Origin: Euglena gracilis
Lineage: Eukaryota
Assembly: GCA_039621445.1 (NCBI GenBank)
Contig: CP154954.1
Span: 36,689,703 to 36,753,702 of the forward strand
Length of the DNA stretch: 64,000 nucleotides
Reading direction: 5' to 3'
Under the pieces are notes generated by a model, which saw only the letters and a program-made list of their open reading frames with translations, was not told where the DNA came from and did no database searches. Positions within the stretch are counted from its first letter, which is position 1. The number at the start of each line of letters is the position of its first letter. Below, piece by piece: positions 24,195-38,545 of the stretch. The translations under genes and the position numbers were made by a program.

Positions 24195-27100
24195 GATTTT
24201 TTGGGGCCAGATTGCCTCAATGCCAGGAATTTGGGGGGTGCCAAAAAGTGCGACCAGGCCCCCGGGACCAGGTCGGCTGGGTTCCCCGCCCCCAAAAACC
24301 CCACTGTCACCGGAACCACTGCTGTTAAAACACCCCGCAATAGCGAAATTTTGGTAATTTTTAAGTGTAATTCGGGGCGGGGGCGGGGGGTGGGGGGGGC
24401 GTGATTTTTTGGGGCCAGATTGCCTCAATGCCAGGAATTTGGGGGGTGCCAAAAAGTGCGACCAGGCCCCCGGGACCAGGTCAGCTGGGTTCCCCGCCCC
24501 CAAATACCCCACTGTCACCGGAACCACTGCTGTTAAAACACCCCGCAATAGCGAAATTTTGGCCATTTTTAAGTGTAATTCGGGGGCGGGGGGTGGGGGG
24601 GGCGTGATTTTTTGGGGCCAGATTGCCTCAATGGCAGGAATTTGGGGGGTGCCAAAAAGTGCGACCAGCCCCCGGGACCAGGTCGGCTGGGTTCCCCACC
24701 CCCAAAAACCCCACTGTCACCGGAACCACTGCTGTTAAAACACCCCGCAAAAGCGAAATTTTGGCCATTTTCGGGGGGGGCGGGGGGGGGGGGGGGGGGG
24801 GGGGGGCGTGATTTTTTGGGGCCAGATTGCCTCAATGCCAGGAATTTGGGGGGTGCCAAAAAGTGCGACCAGCCCCCGGGACCAGGTCGGCTGGGTTCCC
24901 CACCGCCAAAAACCCCACTGTCACCGGAACCACTGCTGGCAAAACACCGCTGGTAAAACACCCCGCAATAGCGAAATTTTGGTAATTTTTAAGTGCAATT
25001 CGGGGCGGGGGGGGGGGGCGTGATTTTTTTGGGGCCAGATTGCCTCAATGGCAGGAATTTGGGGGGTGCCAAAAAGTGCGACCAGCCCCCGGGACCAGGT
25101 CGGCTGGGTTCCCCACCGCCAAAAACCCCACTGTCACCGGAACCACTGCTGGTAAAACACCCCGCAATAGCGAAATTTTGGTAATTTTTAAGTGTAATTC
25201 GGGGCGGGGGCGGGGGGTGGGGGGGGCGTGATTTTTTGGGGCCAGATTGCCTCAATGCCAGGAAATTGGGGGGTGCCAAAAAGTGCGACCAGGCCCCCGG
25301 GACCAGGTCAGCTGGGTTCCCCGCCCCCAAAAACCCCACTGTCACCGGAACCACTGCTGTTAAAACACCCCGCAATAGCGAAATTTTGGCAATTTTTAAG
25401 TGTAATTCGGGGCGGGGGCGGGGGGTGGGGGGGGGGACGTGATTTTTTGGGGCCAGATTGCCTCAATGCCAGGAAATTGGGGGGTGCCAAAAAGTGCGAC
25501 CAGGCCCCCGGGACCAGGTCGGCTGGGTTCCCCACCGCCAAAAACCCCACTGTCACCGGATCCACTGCTGTTAAAACACCCCGCAATAGCGAAATTTTGG
25601 TAATTTTTAAGTGTAATTCGGGGCGGGGGCGGGGGGTGGGGGGGGCGTGATTTTTTGGGGCCAGATTGCCTCAATGGCAGGAATTTGGGGGGTGCCAAAA
25701 AGTGCGACCAGGCCCCCGGGACCAGGTCAGCTGGGTTCCCCGCCCCCAAAAACCCCACTGTCACCGGAACCACTGCTGTTAAAACACCCCGCAATAGCGA
25801 AATTTTGGCCATTTTTAAGTGTAATGGGGGGGGGCGGGGTGGGGGGGCGTGATTTTTTGGGGCCAGATTGCCTCAATGGCAGGAATTTGGGGGGTGCCAA
25901 AAAGTGCGACCAGCCCCCGGGACCAGGTCGGCTGGGTTCCCCACCCCCAAAAACCCCACTGTCACCGGAACCACTGCTGTTAAAACACCCCGCAAAAGCG
26001 AAAATTTGGCCATTTTTAAGTGTAATTCGGGGCGGGGGCGGGGGGTGGGGGTGGGGGGGGGCGTGATTTTTTGGGGCCAGATTGCCTCAATGCCAGGAAT
26101 TTGGGGGGTGCCAAAAAGTGCGACCAGCCCCCGGGACCAGGTCGGCTGGGTTCCCCACCCCCAAAAACCCCACTGTCACCGGAACCACTGCTGGCAAAAC
26201 ACCGCTGGTAAAACACCCCGCAATAGCGAAATTTTGGTGTTTTTTAAGTGTAATTCGGGGCGGGGGGGGGGAGGGGCGTGATTTTTTGGGGCCAGATTGC
26301 CTCAATGGCAGGAATTTGGGGGGTGCCAAAAAGTGCGACCAGCCCCCGGGACCAGGTCGGCTGGGTTCCCCACCGCCAAAAACCCCACTGTCACCGGAAC
26401 CACTGCTGGTAAAACACCCCGCAATAGCGAAATTTTGGTAATTTTTAAGTGTAATTCGGGGCGGGGGACAGGATGGGGGGGGGCGTGATTTTTTGGGGCC
26501 AGATTGCCTCAATGCCAGGAATTTGGGGGGTGCCAAAAAGTGCGACCAGGCCCCCGGGACCAGGTCGGCTGGGTTCCCCGCCCCCAAAAACCCCACTGTC
26601 ACCGGAACCACTGCTGTTAAAACACCCCGCAATAGCGAAATTTTGGTAATTTTTAAGTGTAATTCGGGGCGGGGGGGGGGGGGGGGGGGGGGTGGGGGGG
26701 GGCGTGATTTTTTGGGGCCAGATTGCCTCAATGCCAGGAAATTGGGGGGTGCCAAAAAGTGCGACCAGGCCCCCGGGACCAGGTCGGCTGGGTTCCCCAC
26801 CGCCAAAAACCCCACTGTCACCGGAACTACTGCTGGTAAAACACCCCGCAAAAGCGAAATTTTGGTATTTTTAAGTGTAATTCGGGGCGGGGGCGGGGGG
26901 GGGGTGGGGGGGGCGTGATTTTTTGGGGCCAGATTGCCTCAATGCCAGGAATTTGGGGGGTGCCAAAAAGTGCGACCAGCCCCCGGGAGCAGGTCGGCTG
27001 GGTTCCCCACCCCCAAAAACCCCACTGTCACCGGAACCACTGCTGGTAAAACACCCCGCAATTGCGAAAGTTTGCTGCAGTGGAGATAACATGGCAATGT

Positions 27101-30100
27101 GCGCTTACACGGCCACGTGGACGCTACATTGGCCGTGTTAGGTTGTGCGCAAAGGGCAGTAGCGCTTATTATGGGGTTATTGAAGGAGTAGGGTTAGGTG
27201 AGCTAATGGCCAGTTGAGCTACAGGCACGTGGCGCTACATGCCGTGTTGTAGCGCACCGTGGCCATGTATCGCAACGTGGCCATTGAGCGCAAACGTGCA
27301 TGTGCGCCCACCTAAACCATTCTTAATTAACCCTAAATAACCCAAAAAAAGGGTGTCGTACCATAACCGAAAGGGGGGGGGGTCCGTCGTACGATAACAG
27401 ATAAGTACCAATTTTTAAGTGTAATACGGAGCGGGGGTGGGGGGTGGGGGGTGGGGGGTGGGGGGGGGGGGCGTGATTTTTTGGGGCCAGATTGCCTCAA
27501 TGCCAGAATTTGGGGGGTGCCCCAAAAGTGCGACCAAGGCCCCGGGAGAGGCGGCTGGGTTCCCCGCCCCCCAAAAAACCCCACTGTCACCGGAAAACCA
27601 CTGCTGGTAAAACACCCCGCAATAGCGAAATTTTGGTAATTTTTAAGTGTAATTCGGGGCGGGGGGGGGGGGGGGGGGGATTTTTTGGGGCCAGATTGCC
27701 TCAATGCCAGGAAATGGGGGGTGCCAAAAAGTGCGACCAGCCCCCGGGACCAGGTCGGCTGGGTTCCCCACCCCAAAAACCCCACTGTCACCGGAACCAC
27801 TGCTGGTAAAACACCCCCGCAATAGCGAAATTTTGGCCATTTTTCAAGTGTAATTCGGGGCGGGGGCGGGGGGTGGGGGTGGGGGGGGCGTGATTTTTTG
27901 GGGCCAGATTGCCTCAATGCCAGGAAATTGGGGGGTGCCAAAAAGTGCGACCAGCCCCCGGGACCAGGTCGGCTGGGCTCCCCACCCCCAAAAACCCCAC
28001 TGTCACCGGAACCACTGCTGGTAAAACACCCCGCAATAGCGAAATTTTGGTAATTTTTAAGTGTAATTCGGGGCGGGGGGGGGGGTGGGGGGGGGGGTGA
28101 TTCTTTGGGGCCAGATTGCCTCAATGCCAGGAATTTGGGGGGTGCCAAAAAGTGCGACCAGCCCCCGGGACCAGGTCGGCTGGGTTCTGTGCCCCCAAAA
28201 ACCCCACTGTCACCGGAACCACTGCTGGTAAAACACCCCGCAATAGCGAAATTTTGGCCATTTTTCAGTATAATTTGGGGCGAGGGGGGGGCGTGATTTT
28301 TTGGGGCCAGATTGCCTCAATGCCAGGAATTTGGGGGGGTGCCAAAAAGTGCGACCAGCCCCCGGGACCAAGGCCGCCGGGGTCCCCCCCCCCAAAAACC
28401 CCACTGTCACCGGAACCACTGTTGTTAAAACACCCCGCAATAGCGAAATTTTGGCCATTTTTAAGTGTAATTCGGGGCGGGGGCGGGGGGTGGGGGGGGG
28501 GGCGTGATTTTTTGGGGCCAGATTGCCTCAATGCCAGGAATTTGGGGGGTGCCAAAAAGTGCGACCAGCCCCCGGGACCAGGTCGGCTGGGTTCCCCACC
28601 CCCAAAAACCCCACTGTCACCGGAACCACTGCTGGTAAAACACCCCGCAATAGCGAAATTTTGGTAATTTTTAAGTGTAATTCGGGGGCGGGGGGGGGGG
28701 GGGGGGGGGCGTGATTTTTTGCAGCCAGATTGCCTCAATGCCAGGAAATTGGGGGGTGCCAAAAAGTGCGACCAGGCCCCCGGGACCAGGTCGGCTGGGT
28801 TCCCCGCCCCCAAAAACCCCACTGTCACCGGAACCACTGCTGGTAAAACACCCCGCAATAGCGAAATTTTGGTAATTTTTAAGTGTAATTCGGGGCGGGG
28901 GCGGGGGGTGGGGGGGGCGTGATTTTTTGGGGCCAGATTGCCTCAATGCCAGGAATTTGGGGGGTGCCAAAAAGTGCGACCAGCCCCCGGGACCAGGTCG
29001 GCTGGGTTCCCCACCCCCAAAAACCCCACTGTCACCGGAACCACTGCTGGTAAAACACCCCCAATGGCGAAATTTTGGTAATTTTCAAGTGTAATTCGGG
29101 GCGGGGACGGGGGGTGGGGGGGGGCGTGATTTTTTGGGGCCAGATTGCCTCAATGCCAGTAATTTGGGGGGTGCCAAAAAGTGCGACCAGCCCCCGGGAC
29201 CAGGTCAGCTGGGTTCCCCACCCCACTGTCACCGGAACCACTGCTGGTAAAACACCCCGCAATAGCGAAATTTTGGTAATTTTTAAGTGTAATTCGGGGC
29301 GGGGGCGGGGGGTGGGGGGGGCGTGATTTTTTGGGGCCAGATTGCCTCAATGCCAGGAATTTGGGGGGTGCCAAAAAGTGCGACCAGCCCCCGGGACCAG
29401 GTCGGCTGGGTTCCCCGCCCCCAAAAACCCCACTGTCACCGGAACCACTGCTGGTAAAACACCCCGCAATAGCGAAATTTTGGCCATTTTTAAGTGTAAT
29501 TCGGGGCGGGGGCGGGGGGTGGGGGGGGCGTGATTTTTCGGGGCCAGATTGCCTCAATGCCAGGAATTTGGGGGGTGCCAAAAAGTGCGACCAGGCCCCC
29601 GGGAGCAGGTCGGCTGGGTTCCCCGCCCCCAAAAACCCCACTGTCACCGGAACCACTGCTGGTAAAACACCCCGCAATAGTGAAATTTTGGTAATTTTTA
29701 AGTGTAATTCGGGGCGGGGGCGGGGGGTGGGGGGGCGTGATTTTTTGGTACTTGTCTGTTAGTCGATCCACGGCAAAACAGGTCGATCCACACCTACCAC
29801 TTTGGGTCACTGATGTACTTTGGTCATTGATGGACAGGGAAAGCACAAAACAGGTCGAAGATACGGCTGGTGTCGGCACAGGTTATAGAGAGTCAGGGTT
29901 AGGGTTTAGGGGGCGGGTTTGAGTTTGGGTTTAGGGTTGGGTTAAGGTTTAGGTAACCCTAACCAACCCAAACCCAAAAACCTAACCCTAATCCTCAACC
30001 CTGACCCTAACGCTTACTCTCTAGACACTGTGCCAACACCAGCCGTATCTTCTGACTCTCTAGACACTGTGCCGACACAACAGCCGTGTATTCTGACCCT

Positions 30101-33100
30101 GTTTTGTGCTTTCCCTGTCCATCAGTGACCCAAAGTAGACCAAAAATAGGGTTAGGGTTAGGGTTAGGGTCAGGGTAAGGGCCACGTAGCCTGTGGCCCT
30201 AATTAAACCTAACGCTGACCCCTAACTTGATGCTAGCCCTGAACGAACCCTAACTATCTAGAGTGCAACACCAGCCGTATCTCTGACCCTTTTTTATGCT
30301 TTCCCTGTCCATCAGTGACCGAAAATAGGCCAAAAATACGGTTCAGGATAGGGTTAGGGTTAGGGTCACGAAGCCCTAACCTAGCCCCAGCCCTAACCCT
30401 AACCCTGACCCTGACCCTAACCCTAAACCCAACCCTAACTCTCTAGACCCTGTGCCGACACAACAGCCGTATCTTGATTTTTGTGCTTTTATCAGTGACC
30501 CAAAGTAGGCATAGGTGTGGGGGGGGGGGATCGTGATTTTTTTGGGGCCAGATTGCCTCAATGCCAGGAATTTGGGGGGTGCCAAAAAGTGCGACCAGCC
30601 CCCGGGACCAGGTCGGCTGGGTTCCCCACCCCCAAAAACCCCACTGTCACTGGAACCACTGCTGGTAAAACACCCCGCAATAGCGAAATTTTGGTAATTT
30701 TTAAGTGTAATAATTCGGGGCGCGGGGGTGTGGGGGGGGGGGGGGGGGCGTGATTTTTTGGGGCCAGATTGCCTCAATGCCAGGAAATTGGGGGGTGCCC
30801 AAAAGTGCGACCAGCCCCCGGGAGCAGGTCGGCTGGGTTCCCCGCCCCCAAAAACCCCACTGTCACCGGAACCACTGCTGGTAAAACACCCCGCAATAGC
30901 GAAATTTTGGTGTTTTTTAAGTGTAATTCGGGGCGGGGGGGGGGAGGGGCGTGATTTTTCGGGGCCAGATTGCCTCGATGCCAGGAAATTGGGGGGTGCC
31001 AAAAGGTGCGACCAGCCCCCGGGACCAGGTCGGCTGGGTTCCCCGCCCCCAAAAGCCCCACTGTCACCGGAACCACTGCTGGTAAAACACCCCGCAATAG
31101 CGAAATTTTGGCCATTTTTCAGTAATTCGGGGCGGGGGCAGGGGGTGGAAGGGGGCGTGATTTTTTGGGGCCAGATTGCCTCACTGCCAGGAATTTGGGG
31201 GGTGCCAAAAAGTGCGACCAGCCCCCGGGAGCAGGTCGGCTGGGTTCCCCACCCCCAAAAACCCCACTGTCACCGGAACCACTGCTGGCAAAACACCCCG
31301 GAATGGAGAATTTTTGGTAATTTTTAAGGGTAGTTGGGGGGGGGGGGGGGGGGGGGGGGGGGCGTGATTTTTTGGGGCCAGATTGCCTCAATGCCAGGAA
31401 ATTGGGGGGTGCCAAAAGGTGCGACCAGCCCCCGGGACCAGGTCGGCTGGGTTCCCCGCCCCCAAAAGCCCCACTGTCACCGGAACCACTGCTGGCAAAA
31501 CACCGCTGGTAAAACACCCCGCAACAATTTTGCCATTTTTCAGTATAATTCGGGGCGAGGGACAGGATGGGGGGGGGGCGGGGGGGGGCGTGATTTTTTG
31601 GGGCCAGATTGCCTCAATGCCAGGAAATTGGGGGGTGCCAAAAAGTGCGACCAGCCCCCGGGACCAGGTCGGCTGGGTTCCCCACCCCCAAAAACCCCAC
31701 TGTCACTGGAACCACTGCTGGTAAAACACCGTAATTTTAAGTGTAATACGGAGCGGGGCGGGGGGTGGGGGGGGGGGCGTGATTTTTTGGGGCCAGATTG
31801 CCTCAATGCCAGGAATTTGGGGGGTGCCAAAAAGTGCGACCAGCCCCCGGGACCAGGTCGGCTGGGTTCCCCGCCCCCAAAAACCCCACTGTCACCGGAA
31901 CCACTGAGGGTAAAACACCCCGCAATTGTGTAAGTTTGGCCATTTTTCAGTATAATTCGGGGCGGGGGGGTGGGGGGGGCGTGAGTTTTTGGGAATTGGG
32001 GGGTGCCAAAAAGTGCGACCGTGCCCCCGGGACCAGGTCAGCTGGGTTCCCCACCCCCATTGTCACCGGTAAAACACCTTACAATAGGGATTTTTGACAG
32101 TTTTTCAGTATAATTCGGGGTGGGGGTTCGGGGCAGGCTTCTTTTTAATTCACCTGACCCCCCCCTCCCCCGGGGGAGGGGGGTGGGTGGGTGGGTCCGG
32201 GCCGGACCCCCCGGGGGGTGGGGGCTCCGCGCCGCTGCGCCGGGTGTACGTTTTTGGCGCAAAGCGCCGAAAAACGTTGACAATTGCCTTTAACACGCCT
32301 GATTTTTGATTTTGGGGGAGGGGTCCCCGCCACCCGGGGGGTCCCACGCCACCCTGGGGGACCCCCCTTCCCCCCGGGGGTCATAAAAAGAAGCCTGTTG
32401 GGGGGCGCGTGTTTTTTCGGGGCAGATTGGGGGTGTCAAAAAGTGCGACCAGCCTCCGGGACCAGTTCAGCTGTGTGCTTCTCAGCGTGCGTGTGGGAAA
32501 GCCTTCGTGCTCTGCCATCATCTCAATCCAAATCTCCACAGGTCCCGCCACCCGCCGCCTACGTCGCCCCCGCCGAGCTCCTGCAGGAAGCGGACGAGAA
32601 GGCAGCGGAGCACGAGCGGGATCGCCACGCAGGCCCCGGTGGCCAGGAAAATGTGGGCCATCAAAGAAATACCAGGGGTGCACACAATCATTTGCCCCCC
32701 TGTGCTCAGGCGACTCCGCTATGACCCCCCTCCCGTCACAGACACAGCGTCCTGGCGCAAAGCATAAGGCCGAAAACCCTTGGACCCAAAAGCGGCCAAA
32801 AATCAGCCAAAACTTTTTTGGGCAAAAAATTGCCGAAATTTCACAAAAGGGACTCCCGCACCTCACCCCCGCCTTTGCAGTTTCTTCACCAATCCAGGGG
32901 GATCACTGACTGGGTTTTGTCCCTGTCCACCTCCCTCCAGAAGCAGTCATCGCAAAGGTGACCCGGCCGCAAAATATTTCTGCCATTTTTTTCCCGTTCC
33001 AGATTCCAGAGCAGCTGACCCCGGGGGGGGGGGGACTGGCTGGATTTCCAAACTGCCTGGTTCTTGGTGACTGCCTGGTTTTCGGAAGAGTGGACCCCTG

Positions 33101-36100
33101 GGGGAGGGGTCGGCCGATGGTTGCCCACCCCTCTGTCCTCTTCTCCTCCGGGGGGGGGGGGGTTGGACAGGGGTGAGAATATTTTTCCCTGCCATTGGAT
33201 TCTTGAAGCCCCCTCCCCTCATTTGGCAGTTTTACATTGCTCTGCGGGGGGTCGACCCCCCCCATGTGGTTTTCGCAGTCAAACTCCAGAAGGGTTTTTG
33301 ACTTTTGGAAGTTTCGCAACAAAAGATAGAGGAGGTTTCTGTAAGTTTTTTGTGTTTGTCTCCATTTCATAATTTCAGGCTTCTCCCCCCCCCCGAATAA
33401 CACCCCCCCCTCTCCGGGGCCGATTTCGAGCGCCCAAATATCACCCCCCTAATTTCTTTTGGTTTTCCATGTAAAAAATAACACCCCCCCCAAATTACCC
33501 CCCCCCCCCTGGGGACCCAGGGTGCCCAAGTAACACAAGGGGGGGGGGTGTTATTTGGGGGGGTTATTTGGATGGCAGCCATATTCTAAATGCCCCCCCC
33601 CTGGTCACTCTAAATGCCCCCCCCCCCCTGGCATCTTTTTCGTTAATGATGGAGTAGGTTTAGGTGCGCGACTTAGGCTTAGGGTTAGGCCTAACTTGTA
33701 CACCGAACACCCATCTATAAGTTAGGCCTAACCCTAAGCCTAAGTCGCGCACCTAACCCTACTCCATCATTAACACAAAAAAACTATTTTGACCCCCCTG
33801 GTCACTCTAAATGGCCCCCCAGGGGGGGGGCATTTAGAATATGGCTGCCATTTGGATATCCAGGGTAGGGTGTGTACATTGCGGCCGTGTCTTGCTTGTG
33901 TCTGCTTCATGGCCAGGGTGGGGGATCATCATCCCAAAACCCGGCGTTTGTTCGGATTCCACGCGTGGTGCTTTCATTCTGCAGTTTCTGTTTATCACAA
34001 ACCCCCCCGAAAAGTGCCACCAGCAGCCACCACCACATCTGCATCTGTCCCAAAATCAGAAAAATGGGGTTTTTTTGCGCCAAACCAGAATTTTTTTTCA
34101 GCACAAAACTCCCATGGTTTTTAAAGAAGGTCAATGGCTTCCCCCCGGAGGTTTTTGTTCTGAGGGTCCCACACCACGCAGAGGCGTTGGAAAGACGCCT
34201 GCATTGCAATTGTGGTGAAGCCCCCCCATCAGTCCAGCACGGCCTGGGGGCAACACCAGCTCCATCCGCCCCAAAACTTGCTGGCCCGCGCGCGCCGCGC
34301 TGCCAACCCACTGCGTGGGATTCGGCAGCTGCTTGAGCAGGCGGTTTTTTTTGTGGTGTTTATCGAAACAACAAAACAAAACAAACAAAAAGCAGCCTGC
34401 CGCCGAATATTGGTGGCTGATCGAGACCCCCGCGGAGAGGACAACCAGGGCAGAACGGGAGGCCAACCACACCACCGTATTTCCGGGAACACCAATTTTC
34501 GACCCCAAAGTTTTTTTCCGGCGCCAAAGGGGCGGGGAAAAAAATTGTCATGTACGTTATCTAATAAGGTCTATCAATGTTATCTGATAAGAAATCTGTG
34601 AAATTGCCGTGGTGGGGTGGGGGGTCAAACACCCGCCTCCTGGGTGGACCAGGCCTTCCCGTTCTGCCCTGGGGACGGCGAAGGAGATCCAGGTCCGCCA
34701 CGCAGTGGCGGACCCGGACCTCTGTGCCCGCTGCCGCCCACGCCCTTCCTTAAATGTGTGCTCTTCTGTTAAATGTGCGTTGTGGTGACCCAGACAGTGC
34801 AAAGATAATTTAATTACAAATTTCTGTCAAAAATGCCATTTTCGGTTGGAAGGAAACTGACTTTTGGGGACGGGGGATTTCCGTGGGGGGGGGAAGCCCC
34901 CCCCCACCCCTGCCTGTCAAGGACCTCATTCCCATGCATGTTAACACAATGACAAAGTAACGAACGGCGTGGGGCCACCACCGTCGGCTGGGGATGGTGC
35001 AGGCGGAGGTCGCCGGGCGCAGCGTGCCGCTGTGCCCGGCCTGCCGCTTCGCCACGGTGTGTTCTGCCTTGCGCTTTGCTTCCGAATCTCTTTTCATTTT
35101 CATTGTGCACCCCCGTCCCCTGGAATTCTGGATTCAACCTGGACAGTTCTCTTCAAAAGCCACCTGTGGGGGACAGGGGTTTTTTTGGTCGTGGACCCCG
35201 GGGGCATGGGGGCAGGGTTCGATATAAGGAGGGCGTACATGGTTTAGGTGGGGGGGTGTCCCCCCCCCCCCTCCTGGCCTGCAAGGGGGGGTCCGGGCCA
35301 CCCCCCCCCCCCCCACCTGCAAGGGGGGTCCGGACCGACCCTCGGGGGGGTACCCGGGACCCCCCCCCCAAAAAGGGGCAATTTTTTCCTCCGGCGCTTT
35401 GCGCCGAAATTTTTTTGCATTTTTGGCCAATTTTTGCCCAAAAAGTGCCCAAAATGGCACTTTTGGTCGTTTTGGGGGGTCAAAATTTTTCGGCCCGGCG
35501 CTTTGCGCTGGGCCGAAAATCGGTCACCCTGACCGCGCCACTGTTTAGGTGGGGGGGTGTCCCCCCCACCCCCCCCCCCCTCCTGGCCCGCAGGGGGGGG
35601 GGTCTGGACCCCCCCCTCCTTATATCGAACCCTGCCCGGTGGGGGGGGTTGGGAAGGGTTTGATATGAGGAGGCGTACATGGTTCAGGTGGGGGGTGTCC
35701 CCCCCCCTCCTGGCCTGCAGGGGGGTCCGGACCACCCCCCCCCCCCTCCTCTCCTTATATCGAACCCTGGGGTAGGGTGGGTGGGTCCGGCCGAGCCCCC
35801 CCCCCCTGGGGGTCCCACCGGAGGGGGGTGGGATATGCTTTTCGGCGCTGAAGGCGCCGAAAGTGCTATTTTTAGCACTTTCATGGTGTCCAGGCCCATT
35901 ACTAACTCAGAAGACCCCGTGCCACGGGACTGTGTGGAGGTCGGTGCGTTTGGGGTTTGTCCGGGTTCGCAAATGGATCGGGGGTGTGCTGGATCTTCAC
36001 TCAACTGGCAGTAACAAAGTGTCAAGCGTTAGTTTTAGCAAGGGGAGGGGAAGGCAAGGGGAACGCAAATGTTTTTTTTTGCATTATTTGTGTTTTTCTA

Positions 36101-38055
36101 TTTTGATAAAATTTGTGTTTTTATGTCTGTTGTTGTTGTTGTTGTTATTGTTGTTGTTGCATTTTGTTTTTTTCTCCCTCCCGATTTTCTAGTTTCAAAA
36201 AGGGTTTGGGCAAAGGTAAGGGTCAAGGTCTTTTTGACAATGAAAAATTGCTCGTTTTGCCCTCGATTTTCCCCCGAGACCAAAAATTCTGTCGACCTTT
36301 TGTCATTTGCCCGATGGAGAAGTTTTTCCCCTGTGTTGAGTGAACAGTGGTCTTGCGGGAGGGGGAGGGTGCGGGGAAAGAGGGGTTAGACCCCCCGGGG
36401 GGAGGGTGCCACCTGGACCCACCCTGGTGGGTCCAGACCCCCCCTTCAGACCGAGGGGTCTGGGACCCCCGGAAACCCAGAAAGAATAAAAAATGGGTGG
36501 TGCATTGTTTGACTGATTTTTCAAAATTTTTTTTTTTTTAATTCGATTTTTTTGTTTTTTTTGTTGTTAGAGATTTTTTTGTATAATCAAACCCCCTCCA
36601 CCACTCATTTAATACCCTGCCCGAGGGATGGGGGCAGGCTTCTTTTTAAGTCAGCAGACCCCCCCGGGGGGGGGAGGGAGGGTGAGTGCCAGACATTTAT
36701 TCAGTGTGGTATACCAACGTTGTCATTTTGTGGTTCACCGTGGACACCGAGAGTTTTTTTGTGGTTCACCTGTTGACACCAAAAAAAATTTTGTGGTTCA
36801 CACATCTTTTGTGAGCCACACTAAATGAATGTCTGGTGGGTGGGGGGGGGTCCGGGGCCGGACCCCCCGGGGGGTGGGTCCCGCGCCGGGTTTTCCTTTT
36901 CGGCGCGAAGCACCGAAAATTTTTGAAAATTGCCTTTAACGGGCCCGATTTTGGGGTCCCCCCCGGGGTCCCGCGCCACCCTGGGTGGGTGGGGGGACCC
37001 CCCCCGGGGGTCTTAAAAGAAGCCTGGATGGGGGTCCGGACACTCCCAGGCTGTGTTTCAGATTTACAACCTCAAATGCCCCTGCCTCTCACAGTTCGAG
37101 AGCGCGCTGCTGGCGCGTGAGGCAGCGAGGGAACGACCGCCCCGCGCACCGCTAACGGTATGTCATTGCTTGCGCCCCACATCCGCCTGATCTTCGCTCA
37201 CGTCTCCACAAATTTCTCCGGAATGAATTAAAAAACTGATAAAATTCAAAAGAAGACAGATTTGGTGAAATGCAGCTTTCTAAAGGCGATAACGATGGCG
37301 AGGGATGCACATGGGTTTCTGTTTGATTCTTTGCAATGCGCACCCCCCGGGGGGGGGGTGCTATTGGCAGGCAGGGGTAGGGCATTTTCGACCCCTCTGG
37401 AGGGGAGTCGGGGTTTGGGGTGGGTTGGCGCCACAGCACACCCCCTGACGCCGAATGGCCCAAAAATGGCCTCCAAAAAATGACCTGGCTGGTAGGCTCC
37501 GAGATGCACAATACCCCCCCCCCCAGGTTGATGAAAAGAAGCCTGATCCTCTGACGTTGCCCCCCAAATGTTTTGCATTTTGTGGGTTGACTCGCAGAAC
37601 ATCGTACATTTTTTTACCGCATTTTTTTTGGTTGCCATTTTCCCAGGCAGCGAGGGGGAATTATCACAAAGCTCATACCACTTCCCCTCTCACAGGTCCG
37701 CAGCTGGTGGCTGGTGCCCCTGCTGCTCGCCCCCATCGTCGCCGCGGGCTGGACGCACAGGGCCGAGTGGCGTCGGCATTTGGGGTCAGAGAAACGGAAA
37801 GGTGAAATTTGGGAGCACAACCCGGAGTTTGTGGAGCCGGCTTCCTGGGTCAGGTTTGAATTACTGCCAGCGTTGCGTTTCACTCCCATTCAGAGGAATT
37901 TGGCTGAAACATTGTAAGCCTGGTTTTTTTTTGCTGTGCTGGGGGGTTAGATTGGTGCTGTTGACCCCCAGCCAAATCGAGTCAACATGTTTTGTTGAGA
38001 TGTTGAATATTTTCCTTTTTTCATCATCATCATCATCGTCATCATCATTATTGTC

Positions 38056-38087
<32 letters not shown>

Positions 38088-38117
38088 CATCATCATCATC
38101 ATCATTATTATTATTGC

Positions 38118-38172
<55 letters not shown>

Positions 38173-38471
38173 GCTATTATTATCATTATCATCATCATCA
38201 TCATTATTCTTATTCTTATTCTTATTCTTATTCTTATTCTTCTTCTTCTTCTTCTTCTTCTTATTATCATCATCATCATCATCATCATCATCATTATTAT
38301 TATTATTACCATCATCATCATCATCATCATCATTATTATTATTATTACCATCATCATCATCATCATCATCATCATTATTATTATTATTACCATCATCATC
38401 ATCATCATCATCATCATTATTATTATTATTACCATCATCATCATCATCATCATCATCATTATTATTATTAC

Positions 38472-38545
<74 letters not shown>

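Noticed and set aside
23045-32100. Satellite as a CRISPR array or hammerhead ribozyme array (ctggtga...cgaaa near 23067-23093)
   Set aside because: No unique spacers and no cas genes. The CUGAUGA core is imperfect, no stem II forms, and the motif is lost in the consensus unit.
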